Below are positions 37,985 to 47,922 of a DNA stretch of 64,000 bases, one piece after another. Numbering within the stretch: the stretch's first letter is position 1; each line of letters begins with the position of its first letter. The translations under genes and the position numbers were made by a program. Below the pieces are notes generated by a model. The model saw nothing but the letters and a program-made list of their open reading frames with translations. It did not search any database and had not been told where the DNA came from. The DNA is from Candidatus Latescibacterota bacterium (GTDB lineage: Bacteria > Latescibacterota > UBA2968 > UBA8231): the NCBI GenBank assembly GCA_965200315.1, contig OZ241362.1, positions 2,624,001 through 2,688,000 of the forward strand. Reading direction: 5' to 3'.

Positions 37985-39694
37985 TTACCACAACACCACA
38001 AAAAGCAAAATACTCGCCACCGCTAGATAAACCCCGATCCACACCCCCGGGCGCAAATACCACTTAGGACCATTTTCGCCGACCGCAAAGGGGTATTCCG
38101 GTCGAATCGGAGCTTCCACTAGCGTCTTCTGCAACCACGTGCCTTCCAACGCCGCGAGCCGCCGGGCCATGAGCAGACGCAGTGCAACCGGGTCTTCGTG
38201 GCGCATGTAAATTAGCCCGCGCAACTCCTCGTCGCACACCGGACCGCGCCGCCAATCAATCAGCTTGGAGGCGACGAGCATGCTCACCGCCGGCAGCACC
38301 AAGTTCCACAGGTAGGTCCACCACGTGTTCTGGTACCACACCGGCAGCGGCCACTCGTTAAAATCGGCCAAGATCGCCGACATCCCATAGCCAAGCCCCA
38401 CCAGCAAGCCGACGATCCCAGTTTGGCGATGCACCTTCGTAAAAACGCCCATCAAAATGACCGTCATCAGCGGCACGGCAATGGCCCCGGCCAGCCGCAG
38501 GTAGAACAGCAGCATCCCCTTCTCGCCCAAAAAGGGCACATAGATAAAGCCCAGCGCCAGAATGATCGGCACCGATATCCGGCCCACCTTGGTGTAGTGC
38601 GCGTCCGTGCCGTTTTTGACGATGAAACGCGCGTACACGTCGCGCACAAACAGCGACGAAATGCCAATGCCAATCGAATCAAAAGTCGAGTACCCGGCCG
38701 CCACCAAGCCCGCGACCACTAGCCCGACCAACCCCGCCGGCAGGTACGCCTCAATCATCAGGGGATAGGCCTGATCGACGATTTCCAAGCCGGGAAACTG
38801 CGCCCGCGCCATCGGCCCCAAGCTGACGTTGAAGAACAGGCAGATCGCCGTGGCGATGCTGGCCACCAGCGCGGCCATTTTGAAGTCCCACTCCGAGCGG
38901 GCGCCGAGGAAGCGGATGGCCTCGTACTGATTGATGACCGCATACGTGGTCAACACCACCAAAAAGCCGAAGATCACTATGAAGGGAGGCACACCGGGCG
39001 GCGAATAGCCCCCCACGTGCAGCAGCGTATCCGCCAGTCCTTCTTCCACGGCCTCCAGCCGCGCCGTCACTCCGTCCCAGCCACCCAAACCCGAATAGAC
39101 GAATCCCCAGAGCACAAAAGAGGCCACGATCATCGTCGCGCTTTGCAACGCGTCGGTCAGCACCCCAGCTCGCAAGCCGCCGCGCACGATGTAGAGCACC
39201 GAGCTGAGTGCCACGCCCACCACCACCAACCAACACGTCGTCTCCTCAATTCCGGCGACTACATTGAGCACCAGAAACATGGAAAAGAAGATGTTGCCCA
39301 GCACGTTGGTCCGCGATTGGACGTTGATCAAGACCGCCAACAGACGGGCCGCTGGCCCGAAGCGGAACTCCAGCCACTCGGCGTTGGTAAAAACCCCAGA
39401 GCGGTACATTGGCACGATGACGAAGAAGCTGAGCACGGTCCAGCCCACGGCAATGCCCAGCCACCACTGCGCCAGTTGCGACAGCCCTAGGTTATAAGAC
39501 CCGCCGACAATGCCGACGTAATCGCCGCTATCAACGGCCGTGCCAAACGCCGACAGCCCGATCACCCACCAAGGCATGGACTTGGCCGCCAAGTACCAAT
39601 CGAAGCTCTCGCCCTTGTTGCGGAAGGCAATCAGGCTGTAGGTGACGATGCCGCCGTTGAGGACCAAGACGACGGCCCAGTCTAAAGAGGTCAT
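37985..39694 (-). CDS. Sodium:solute symporter (SSS) family transporter
   Basis: YLAAKSMPWW, EWLEFRFG, GGLRAGVLTDALQS, GLVVAGLVAAGYSTFDS; many TM helices; start ATG 39694. Confidence 0.88.
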   Translation of the reverse strand: MTSLDWAVVLVLNGGIVTYSLIAFRNKGESFDWYLAAKSMPWWVIGLSAFGTAVDSGDYVGIVGGSYNLGLSQLAQWWLGIAVGWTVLSFFVIVPMYRSGVFTNAEWLEFRFGPAARLLAVLINVQSRTNVLGNIFFSMFLVLNVVAGIEETTCWLVVVGVALSSVLYIVRGGLRAGVLTDALQSATMIVASFVLWGFVYSGLGGWDGVTARLEAVEEGLADTLLHVGGYSPPGVPPFIVIFGFLVVLTTYAVINQYEAIRFLGARSEWDFKMAALVASIATAICLFFNVSLGPMARAQFPGLEIVDQAYPLMIEAYLPAGLVGLVVAGLVAAGYSTFDSIGIGISSLFVRDVYARFIVKNGTDAHYTKVGRISVPIILALGFIYVPFLGEKGMLLFYLRLAGAIAVPLMTVILMGVFTKVHRQTGIVGLLVGLGYGMSAILADFNEWPLPVWYQNTWWTYLWNLVLPAVSMLVASKLIDWRRGPVCDEELRGLIYMRHEDPVALRLLMARRLAALEGTWLQKTLVEAPIRPEYPFAVGENGPKWYLRPGVWIGVYLAVASILLFVVLW

Positions 39695-39698
39695 CGCG

Positions 39699-40724
39699 TC
39701 ACGGGGCCGGCAGGTGGTATCCGTCCTTGCCGACTTGTATCTTGGCCAAGATGCCTCGATTTTCCGGCGGTGCACCTCCTCCATAGGTGACGTAGAGCGT
39801 CTTGCTCTCCTCGCCGCGGCCAAACGCCACATTGGTCGGAACCACGGGCGTGGGGATATAGCCTAGTTCCTCGCCCTGCGGGGAATACACCACAATGCCC
39901 GGGCGCGTCACGTCCCGCACCGCTACGTATAGATTCCCCTCGACATCGGCGACTAGGCCGTCCGGCCCGTCTTCGGGATAGTAATCGACTAGCACCTCGC
40001 GGAATGTGGCCGTGCCGTCGGGGTGCAGGTCGTACGCCAACAGAGCCATCCGGCCCTTGTGTGCGGGCGTACCTTCCAAGCGGAAAATCCCCGTGTTGCC
40101 GTTGTCGTTGCTCACCACGTAGAGCGACTGCTGGTCCGGGGACACGCAAACGCCGTTGGGCTTGCCCGCGTCGGTGATGATCCGCTCGATGGTGCCGTCC
40201 GGATCAATCCGGTACACCGCCATCACCGGCTGGTCGAGCGGCTCGTGGCCGAGGTAGCGCGGGTCGCTGAAGTAGATGCGGCCCTTCTCGTCGATGGAAA
40301 TGTCGTTGGGGGCGTTAAAGGGGCGGCCCTCGTACAGCCCGGCGATGATCTCGGCCTTACCGGTTGTAAGGTCCGTGCGCGTCACGCGCTGCCCCCCGAA
40401 ATCCGCGCCCTCCGCGGCGATTAGTCGGCCCATCGCGTCGAACTTGAGGCCGTTGGACATGCCGCTGGGCGAGCGGTAGATCGCGGTCTGGCCGGTTTTG
40501 GGGTCGTAGCGCCAGATGTGCCCGGCTTGCATCCCCGAAGGCTTGGAAAAGGTAATGTCGCTAAAGAAAACCGAGCCATCTAGGGCCACGGCCGGCCCCT
40601 CGGAAAAGAAGGCCCCGTCGAAGAGCACTTCGAGCTTGGCCCCGGCGGGAACGATGGACGGCTCTTGGGCGAAGGTCGGGCTGGCCAGCAGCACCAGTGC
40701 GATTGCAGCGAGACGTTGCAGCAT
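39699..40724 (-). CDS. SMP-30/gluconolactonase family protein, secreted
   Basis: SEGP, FSDI, SNGL, NAPND, FSDP, PNG, PDG; signal peptide; SD AAGGAGG before ATG 40724. Confidence 0.88.
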   Translation of the reverse strand: MLQRLAAIALVLLASPTFAQEPSIVPAGAKLEVLFDGAFFSEGPAVALDGSVFFSDITFSKPSGMQAGHIWRYDPKTGQTAIYRSPSGMSNGLKFDAMGRLIAAEGADFGGQRVTRTDLTTGKAEIIAGLYEGRPFNAPNDISIDEKGRIYFSDPRYLGHEPLDQPVMAVYRIDPDGTIERIITDAGKPNGVCVSPDQQSLYVVSNDNGNTGIFRLEGTPAHKGRMALLAYDLHPDGTATFREVLVDYYPEDGPDGLVADVEGNLYVAVRDVTRPGIVVYSPQGEELGYIPTPVVPTNVAFGRGEESKTLYVTYGGGAPPENRGILAKIQVGKDGYHLPAP

Positions 40725-40817
40725 AGTATCCCTCCTTGGAGTATGTGAAAGCCAAAGATTCATTAGGTGGTAATTGACGTTCCGCGGCCTCGTGCGCCAA
40801 GCACTGGCACGCTCCCT

Positions 40818-40841
40818 GTCGTGCTGAGCCCAGTCGAAGCA
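40818..40841. repeat. Possible degenerate REP-like unit
   Basis: Intergenic GTCGTGCTGAGCCCAGTCGAAGCA resembles the CTGAGC..GTCGAAG repeat type; partner arm degenerate. Confidence 0.3.
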
Positions 40842-40866
40842 GGGGGTTCCAGACAGCTTCTACTGC

Positions 40867-42060
40867 TCACGCGCTCGGCGGCCACGGAGCCAGACAGGCC
40901 CCGGTCGGCCGCGGCCCGGTCGGTCGCCAGCGGAACGCATCATACGAGTGGTACTCCACATCCAGCCACGGCGTCTCCAGCCGCTTGTAGCCCTCATAGC
41001 GCGACGTCAGCGCCGCTTCGAGGATGCCGCTGGTCAGCAGAGTGCGCTCAACCGGGTACTGGGCTTTGCCGGTCAGGAACATCTCTTCGACGTTGAGCGA
41101 CAGATAGCTGAAGTGTGCGTATGCCCCTTCCAGCCCGCCGTGCCCTTGGGCGTGGAACTCGCAGGCTTGCACCTGTCCACCGACCCGCGCCGCATACGCC
41201 AAATCGTGGACGTAGCCGTTGAGCATTAGCACGGCCCCGCGCAAGCCATCGCTGTATTCCACCACAAAAAGCGCCGGATTTTGGCAGTGTTCCTCCATTG
41301 GCCCTTCGGGCTTATCGACAATAGTCGCGCAAGCGGCCTCGGCTAGTTCCCGCGACCACAATCCCTCGTCGGCAGCTCGCCACACAGCCTCCCCCTCCAG
41401 ACAAGTCACCGCGGCCACTCCCGTCTCTCCACCCTGCCGCCGCTCAACCATGCACTGGAGCACTTCGAGGGTGTGGAACCCGTAGATATCCAGCCCGGAA
41501 AACCCAATCGCCACCGCCGCCTCCAGCGGGGTTGCCAACTCGTGCTCAACCCAAGGCTGCCGCCAACACACCGGCAGCGAAGACCCGGCCATAAACGCCG
41601 CTCCCACCGCCTGCGCCCGTTGGTACATCCACAGCGCATCGGTCCAGCTATAGGACAAGTGCTTGTCGTTGAACACCGGCACCCCTCGCTTCGATGTCGC
41701 CATCACCCCGCAGATTTGCTCCATAAAGTAGCGGCGCGGATAGAGCTGCTGCTCCTTTTCGTTCCAAGCGTAGTCCCCATGCTCGCCAATGGACAATACC
41801 CCATCCACCGCCAGCTCCCGTCCCCCCAGACACAGCGCCGCCGAGATGCTGTTAAAAATCGGCACCCCGTGCTCTTGGGCCATCGCCCGTCCCATATCGT
41901 TTTCGGGAAACTGGTCGATGTACATTGACGCGAGCTCGACCCTCGGCGCACACAAGCCCTCGTCCGTGGGAAAACCCTTGAGGAACTTGGAGACGATCAC
42001 GTCGGCGTGCGACCTCGGGCGGTATTCGGTGATGATCGCCGCAATTTTCTTTTTGCTCAT
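40867..42060 (-). CDS. Conserved oxidoreductase-like (Gfo/Idh/MocA-related) protein
   Basis: SHADVIV, IGEHGDY, FNDKHLS, MAGSSLP, YGFHTLE, YPVERTLL; start ATG 42060. Confidence 0.65.
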   Translation of the reverse strand: MSKKKIAAIITEYRPRSHADVIVSKFLKGFPTDEGLCAPRVELASMYIDQFPENDMGRAMAQEHGVPIFNSISAALCLGGRELAVDGVLSIGEHGDYAWNEKEQQLYPRRYFMEQICGVMATSKRGVPVFNDKHLSYSWTDALWMYQRAQAVGAAFMAGSSLPVCWRQPWVEHELATPLEAAVAIGFSGLDIYGFHTLEVLQCMVERRQGGETGVAAVTCLEGEAVWRAADEGLWSRELAEAACATIVDKPEGPMEEHCQNPALFVVEYSDGLRGAVLMLNGYVHDLAYAARVGGQVQACEFHAQGHGGLEGAYAHFSYLSLNVEEMFLTGKAQYPVERTLLTSGILEAALTSRYEGYKRLETPWLDVEYHSYDAFRWRPTGPRPTGACLAPWPPSA

Positions 42061-42070
42061 CTTTATCCCA

Positions 42071-43033
42071 CTACTTAACCGCCGCCAACGCAGCAAACAA
42101 CGCCTTGATGTACCCCACTGAGTACGCCAATCCCCGCATCAAGGCCCCCTCATCCCCTTCTAGCGCCGGTATGTGGTCGGGATTGATGCACCCGTCGAAA
42201 CCCACCCGGTCCAACTCCAGCAAAATTTTGGCCATGTTCATGTCGCCATCGTCGAGCAGGGTCTCCTCAAACCCCCCAGCCGTGGCCAAGCTCCCGCGCA
42301 CATTGCGCAAATGCACCATGAAGATCCGGCCCTTGCGCCCGTAATTGTGAACCTCGTCGAGCACTAAGGGCAAGCCCCCGGCCTCGGCGCGGGTGCCGCA
42401 GCAGTAGAGGTACCCGACTTGGCGGCTGGGGAAGGCGTCAATGACCTTGTGAAAACCCAAGCCACCCAACGGCGTATCCGGCAGTGGCGAGTCCGACGGA
42501 TGAATCGCCAGCTTGATGTCGCAGTCTTCAGCAATGGGCACCAAGCGCTCGTACACCGTGCAAAAACGCGCCCACCAAGCATCGAGCTGTTCTAGCGAAG
42601 GCGACCCCTCATCGCTCTCGGCCAAGCCGCGGCTCTCGGCCCGATAGTGATAGCCGCCGCGCCGTGGCGAGTTCCAGCGGTGGAGCATCCACGGGAACAC
42701 ATCGCCGTGGAATCGCTGCCGCGCAATGGGCGCGCCGGCCGCGGCAAAAACCTCCAGCGCCGCGGCCGTGTTTTCCAACTCCTTCTCGCAGCCATCCTCC
42801 CCGGACATGAACTTTGCGGTTATGTCCGGCAGGGTCACGCGATTGAAGTCTAGGCCCCAAGAACGGATTTTTTTTCTTATTTTTATCACGGCGTCTAAGT
42901 CGGGATAGCCCTGCTCTTTGACCCCGGGGAAGTAATCGCCCGAGCCAAAGTCCAAGCAATCGACCCCAAGCTGAGTAACATAGCGCAGGTACGATTCCGA
43001 CAAATCGCCGTGCCACACGGATATTTTAAACAT
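42071..43033 (-). CDS. Mannonate dehydratase (UxuA) family protein
   Basis: VPIAE..IKLAIHPSDSP, YCCGT, VHLRNVRG, FEET..DDGD, PDHIP; start ATG 43033. Confidence 0.8.
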   Translation of the reverse strand: MFKISVWHGDLSESYLRYVTQLGVDCLDFGSGDYFPGVKEQGYPDLDAVIKIRKKIRSWGLDFNRVTLPDITAKFMSGEDGCEKELENTAAALEVFAAAGAPIARQRFHGDVFPWMLHRWNSPRRGGYHYRAESRGLAESDEGSPSLEQLDAWWARFCTVYERLVPIAEDCDIKLAIHPSDSPLPDTPLGGLGFHKVIDAFPSRQVGYLYCCGTRAEAGGLPLVLDEVHNYGRKGRIFMVHLRNVRGSLATAGGFEETLLDDGDMNMAKILLELDRVGFDGCINPDHIPALEGDEGALMRGLAYSVGYIKALFAALAAVK

Positions 43034-43118
43034 CGCTTCCCTCCTTTTGCGGGGCACAAAATAGCCAAGTCCCCTCAATCCAACAAGCAGCATTGCTCTT
43101 GCCATAGGACGATACAAC

Positions 43119-43529
43119 ATGCCAGCACAGCCTCCCGACTTCACACTCACCCTAGATGTCCGCGATTACGAATGCGATCTCCAAGGCATCGTCAACAACG
43201 CGATATACCAACACTACCTCGAACACGCCCGCCACCAATACTTGCAAAGCCTTGGCCTCAGCTTTGCCCGCTTTCACCAACAGGGCCACGACTTGGTCCT
43301 CACTCGCGCAGAAATCGACTACAAGACCCCCCTCCGCAGCGGCGACCGCTTCACAGTCGAGCTGCGCGTAGAGCGGGAGAGCCGCCTGCGCTTTTGCTTT
43401 GTCCAAGACATCTTCAGAGAAGCCGACGGCGCACACGTGCTGCACGGCCGCCTCATCGGCACCAGCCTCAACCGCGACGGGCAGCGCGGCTTTCCGCCTG
43501 AGATAGCGGAGCTGTTGGCGAATCGCTGA
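43119..43529 (+). CDS. Acyl-CoA thioesterase (YbgC/FadM hotdog fold)
   Basis: VRDYECDLQGIVNNAIYQHYLEHAR, IDYKTPLRSGD. Confidence 0.9.
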   Translation: MPAQPPDFTLTLDVRDYECDLQGIVNNAIYQHYLEHARHQYLQSLGLSFARFHQQGHDLVLTRAEIDYKTPLRSGDRFTVELRVERESRLRFCFVQDIFREADGAHVLHGRLIGTSLNRDGQRGFPPEIAELLANR

Positions 43530-43569
43530 ACTTTTTGTCGTCTTACTTATTTATTATCACAACTTCACC

Positions 43570-44207
43570 GAGGGATCCACCTTGCCATCACCGCCGGCCC
43601 TGCCCAAAAATTACGACTCCCAAGCACACCTGATGACTCATCAGGTGCGCGGGCGCATCTTTCACTCCACCATACCCTCGGCTCAGCTTACCAAGGCCAG
43701 CCCCGCTGCGGTTTCTACGCCGAACTGACCGAGCGCATCGACTACGCCAGTGGTGCCGATTTTGCCGCCGAGGTAGTGAGGGGTACGCTCGTCGACGAAG
43801 CGGCTCCGCCCGCCACCTATACCGCGGGTAGCGAGCGCCCGCTCCGCGTGGAGTACACGCGGGACGACCGCATACTCGGCATTGAAGTCGATCTGTACGA
43901 GTGGTCGCTAAAGCGGCGCTGGACCCAAGACGGCCCCTTAGAATGGCCCATGCACGAGTCACCCTACGCTCGACAAAGCACTGCCGGACAGGTCTCCATC
44001 GGCGGTGCCACGCTCACCTGCGACAAGGGGCCGATATGGCTCTGCGCCTGCCCGGGGGGCAAAAGGTATGTTGCCGCCTACAGCGGCATCGGGATGACCT
44101 CGTTGAGATTGGAGGTTCCCGGCGATGTCGTCGAGCTAGTTGAAATGGGCACGGGCACGGTAATTTGGGACGAGGGCGAAGTAAAAATAGAAGCCATACT
44201 GCCCTGA
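43570..44207 (+). pseudogene. 5'-truncated remnant of a hypothetical gene
   Basis: Frame of ORF 43776-44207 stays open ~200 bp upstream (QPRCGFYAELTERIDYASGADFAAEV) with no credible start/SD. Confidence 0.45.
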
Positions 44208-44209
44208 TT

Positions 44210-44929
44210 TTACTCGGCCCGTCGCTGCTTTGCCAACCACTCCCATAAGGCCAGATCGCTGTAGGCATTTTGCCACGCTTCCACGTGGCCCACTTTAGGG
44301 TACACCGTAAAGCGGACATTGCCTCCGGCCGCCTTGAGCGCGTCAACCATCTCCTGTGATTGTTGCAACGGCACGGCCTCGTCTTTCGCGCCGTGGAAAA
44401 CCCAAGTCGGCACCCCCTTCATTAAGGGTGCTTTTGCTGAATCCCCACCACCACATATAGGGACGACGGCCGCGAACCGCTCGGGATAGGTACAGGCTAG
44501 TCCCCACGTCGCATATCCCCCCATACTCAGGCCGGTCACATAGATCCTAGCCGTATCGATGCGGTAGGTCTCAACGATCTCGTTTAGAAGATCATTCAGC
44601 GCGTCCACGGACCACCACTCATCCTTTGGACACTGCGGCGAGACGACCACGAAGGGAAAGTCCTTCCCCTGAGCTATCATTTTCGGTGGACCGTGGACTT
44701 TCACTAGCTCGAGGTTATCTCCACGCTCGCCTGCTCCGTGCAAGAACAAGAGCAACGGCCATTGCTCTTCGCTGCTGTCATAAGCAGGTGGCAAATACAG
44801 CAGATATTGCATCTCAATGGTACGCACCAGACTCTGTGCAACCTGTCTTTCTGCGGACTGGGCATCGCCGGGGCGGACGCTCCACAACAGGCAGCACAAC
44901 AAAGCCGAAAGGCTCAGACTACGCTTCAT
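44210..44929 (-). CDS. Secreted alpha/beta-hydrolase (phospholipase/carboxylesterase-like)
   Basis: LFLHGAGERG, TGLSMGG, FHGAKD, GH; signal peptide from ATG 44929. Confidence 0.88.
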   Translation of the reverse strand: MKRSLSLSALLCCLLWSVRPGDAQSAERQVAQSLVRTIEMQYLLYLPPAYDSSEEQWPLLLFLHGAGERGDNLELVKVHGPPKMIAQGKDFPFVVVSPQCPKDEWWSVDALNDLLNEIVETYRIDTARIYVTGLSMGGYATWGLACTYPERFAAVVPICGGGDSAKAPLMKGVPTWVFHGAKDEAVPLQQSQEMVDALKAAGGNVRFTVYPKVGHVEAWQNAYSDLALWEWLAKQRRAE

Positions 44930-45272
44930 AATTCCCCTCTTCGTCAAGGTCTTCCGGTGGGTTCTCTGCATTGAATGGGGTAAAAAAGCACGGGTGAAGA
45001 ATTGAGAAGACGAACTTGCCACCGGCGACCAGCACTCGACGGACACTGGAAAATGTTGACTTTAGGTCGGGAATATCCATTAGGGCCATGTTACAAATCA
45101 CAGCATCCATGCTGGCGTCGGATACTTGGTTCATCGCTTGGGCATCGTCTAGAAAGAAGGAGAAAAAACCATTTCCAGTCCCATTAACGATCTCTGGCAA
45201 TCCGGGACGGTCTTTGACCTTTAAAATTGAGTAAATCCCGGCCAGAACTTTTATCGAGAAGTGCTGTTCCAT
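44919..45272 (-). pseudogene. Chimeric remnant: ACT-like N-terminus fused to a class I SAM-methyltransferase fragment
   Basis: MEQHFSIKVLAGIYSILK...GFFS then DDAQ...DAVICNMALMDIPDL...RVLVAGGKFVFSILHPCF; lacks motif I and C-terminus. Confidence 0.6.
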
Positions 45273-45286
45273 CTAATCTTCCGTAA

Positions 45287-46218
45287 CTACTGCTTCCACC
45301 CCAAGTAATGTCCCTCGGTCTTGTCGCTGACCACTATCTTTGCGTCGGGAAGCTCGCGCACCGCGGGGCGCAGGCTCGTTCCTAGGCCGGGGCCTTCGGG
45401 CGCTAGCAGATGCCCGTCCTGTATGTTGATATTCGTCGTCACAAACTCCCCGTACCAGCCCTCGTAAAACTGCCGAATCGTCTCCATCAGCATCGCGTTC
45501 GGCACGTTCATGCAGATATGGGCGCACGCAAACACGTTTACAGGCCCTGAGCAGTCGTGGGGGCATACCGGAAGCTGATACGTCTCTCCCAGAATCGCAA
45601 TTTTCTTCGTCTCTGATATGCCACCCGTCCAGATAAGGTCGGGCATCAGGATTTCCACCGCGCCCTTCTCGATAAATTCGCGGAACTGGTAGCGCGTCAC
45701 GAACCGCTCGGCGAGACAGACCGGAAACTTCGCTTCCCTCACCAGAGCTAGATGCGCGTCAACGTTGCGCGGCGAAAGCATCTCCTCAAGCCAAAGTATA
45801 TTGTACGGCTCCAAAGCCTTCGCCACTCTTATCGCATTGTGCAGACTCCAGAATCCGTGCCCGTCTATAGCAATGCTCATGCGGTTGCCAACAGCCTCGT
45901 GAATTCTGCGTATCGGGTCTATCAACGCCTCGATTTCTTCGTTAGAGACGTAGTACCCATCGCCTTCATGGGCATCGGGAAACGCGCCGAGTTTCATCTG
46001 CTTGATCCCGCGCTCAAGATCTCGATATTCAAAGGGTTGCGGCCTATCAGCATGGGCGCGAACAACTCATGCACTGCGCCTTCTACCGCCATCGGCCCGT
46101 ACCAAGTCTCGCCAAGCCCAACATGACCTTCGTCTGTGTAAATCTGCACCCAGATTCCGCAACCATAACTCTCGCTTCGGTTTGCCACGCGGATTGTTTC
46201 TACCTCGGTTATCTTCAT
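45287..46218 (-). pseudogene. Mandelate racemase/muconate lactonizing enzyme, internally deleted and frameshifted
   Basis: N-part MKITEVETI...TDEGHVGLGE...LIGRNPLNIE joins directly to ILSAG-IKQMKL; C-part has WLEE, GGISETKKIA, PHDCSGP, PGLG. Confidence 0.8.
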
Positions 46219-46344
46219 TGCTTTCCTTTGCTTGGGTAACAGAAACCTCTGTTTATTCTTCCTATCTGCACGCAGCGGTTGTGCGAAGGGCGTAGCCCGC
46301 AGCCGGGCATGGACGTGTTAAATGAAGCCCCAAATGCCGGTAGT

Positions 46345-47094
46345 TCACGATGCCGCTTTGCGCGCAAGAGCAATCAGCCGCTTTGAGCTAGTCCCATACT
46401 CACTACCTGCCAAATCTCCATATAGTTGCGTGGTACTAAACCCAACTTGCAAGAGACGATCCCTCAGTTCTTGGCCAGAGTACAAGGTGTGGTGAAACTT
46501 GAACGATCTTACCTGCTCGTCCCGGATCAGGAGCCACTCGTTGCGAATCCTTGTCCAATCGTCGAAGACCTCGCGACGTTGAACGAGCAACGTCCCGTCG
46601 GGATGCGCCTCCGAGGAGGTCGCGGCGAATACCTTGGCCAACCACTCTTTACCCATTATATCCATTACGAGGGCTCCCCCAGGCCTGAGACTCTCGTAGA
46701 TATTGCTGAGTACTCGCAGGTCCTCGTCCTTGTCATCAAAATAGCCGAAGGACGTAAACATGTTGAGCACCAAGTCGTACGATGTGGACCGCACAAAACG
46801 ACGCATATCCTCCTGCACAAACTCGACGTCTAATTTCCGCTCGCTTGCTCGCGCCATAGCTTTTTGTAGTAAGAACTTGGTAGAATCAACGCCCGTTACG
46901 GAAAATCCTCGCTCCGCCAAGACCGTGGCATGTCGGCCAGGGCCGCAGCACAGATCGAGGATATGTATCCCGCTGAACTCCACCAGCGAAAGAATCTTGT
47001 CGACTTGATCTTCCGCAGATTGAAATCGCTCTTCCGGGAACATATAGGGATACATTTCCGTCCAGAAGTCTTCGTTTTCAAACCATTCGGACAT
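46345..47094 (-). CDS. Class I SAM-dependent methyltransferase
   Basis: ILDLCCGPGRH, VTGVD, DMR, FTSFGYF, LRPGG; SD GAGGAG before ATG 47094. Confidence 0.9.
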   Translation of the reverse strand: MSEWFENEDFWTEMYPYMFPEERFQSAEDQVDKILSLVEFSGIHILDLCCGPGRHATVLAERGFSVTGVDSTKFLLQKAMARASERKLDVEFVQEDMRRFVRSTSYDLVLNMFTSFGYFDDKDEDLRVLSNIYESLRPGGALVMDIMGKEWLAKVFAATSSEAHPDGTLLVQRREVFDDWTRIRNEWLLIRDEQVRSFKFHHTLYSGQELRDRLLQVGFSTTQLYGDLAGSEYGTSSKRLIALARKAAS

Positions 47095-47145
47095 AGAACT
47101 CCAGTTTCTCCTCAAAGGGTTCAGGAAACGACGCCTTGTCTATGT

Positions 47146-47583
47146 TCACAGTCTCGTCCGATTTGTAAGCTGTTTGTTTTCTGCCCTGCCAATCTTCGTT
47201 ATGATCGAGCGCAAATCCGGGGCTGAAAACTGATCTGACTTCAATACTTTGCCGTCCCTCCTGAATATCGGCTTGCCCTGCTCATCTAGCTTACTCATGT
47301 TGCTTCGGTGGACTTCAGCAAAGAGCTCTTCGGCAATGTCCTGCAGACCATGCGTGATGAACGTACCCAGCAGTACGTAAAGCATGTCTGTAAGGGCGTC
47401 CGCGATCTCGACGATGTCGCAGTTATGTACGGCCGCTCGATACTCTTCTAGCTCCTCCAAAAACATCTGGATACGCCCTTGGCTTATCTCCACAGGCACC
47501 TTTGCCGTAGGCGCGCGCTCCATGTGTCCTTGGAATACCTCATGAAAACATCTCACGCTATCTATCTGATCTTTCATTGGCAC
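47146..47583 (-). CDS. MazG-like/PRA-PH nucleoside triphosphate pyrophosphohydrolase
   Basis: EELEEY, EIADALTDMLY, EVHRSNMSKL..GKP..RDGKVLK. Confidence 0.88.
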   Translation of the reverse strand: MPMKDQIDSVRCFHEVFQGHMERAPTAKVPVEISQGRIQMFLEELEEYRAAVHNCDIVEIADALTDMLYVLLGTFITHGLQDIAEELFAEVHRSNMSKLDEQGKPIFRRDGKVLKSDQFSAPDLRSIITKIGRAENKQLTNRTRL

Positions 47584-47587
47584 CTTT

Positions 47588-47781
47588 CATAGCAATCCTA
47601 TATCATTTATAAGTTCAAGGATAAAAAGGCGAACACATCGGTTCGCCCCTACGAAGACATAAATCATTCACACGGAAACGACGGCATACGAGATCGTAGG
47701 GACAGACCTATGTGTCTGTCCCAGAACTTCCATTTTCCCCAAAAACAATATATAATATCTCTTAAATTATTTATAATTGCT
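47588..47781. mobile_element. Degenerate TIR-bounded element containing a GTAG-REP doublet
   Basis: Left end CATAGCAATCCTATATCATT (17/20 to 4391-4410 terminus); degenerate right end 47765-47781; internal GGCGAACACATCGGTTCGCCCCTACG (47628-47653) and CGTAGGGACAGACCTATGTGTCTGTCCC (47695-47722). Confidence 0.65.
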
Positions 47782-47922
47782 TCTATACCTATATGGCCCA
47801 CAAAACCTAAAGGCTTCCCGCAAAGTGATGATTTATTCAAAGGTTTTTGATCATCCGCATATTCTCCATGACGTTAGGTTTCTTCTGTTGGCCCGCTATG
47901 GAAACTGTTTGTTCCCCACGTC

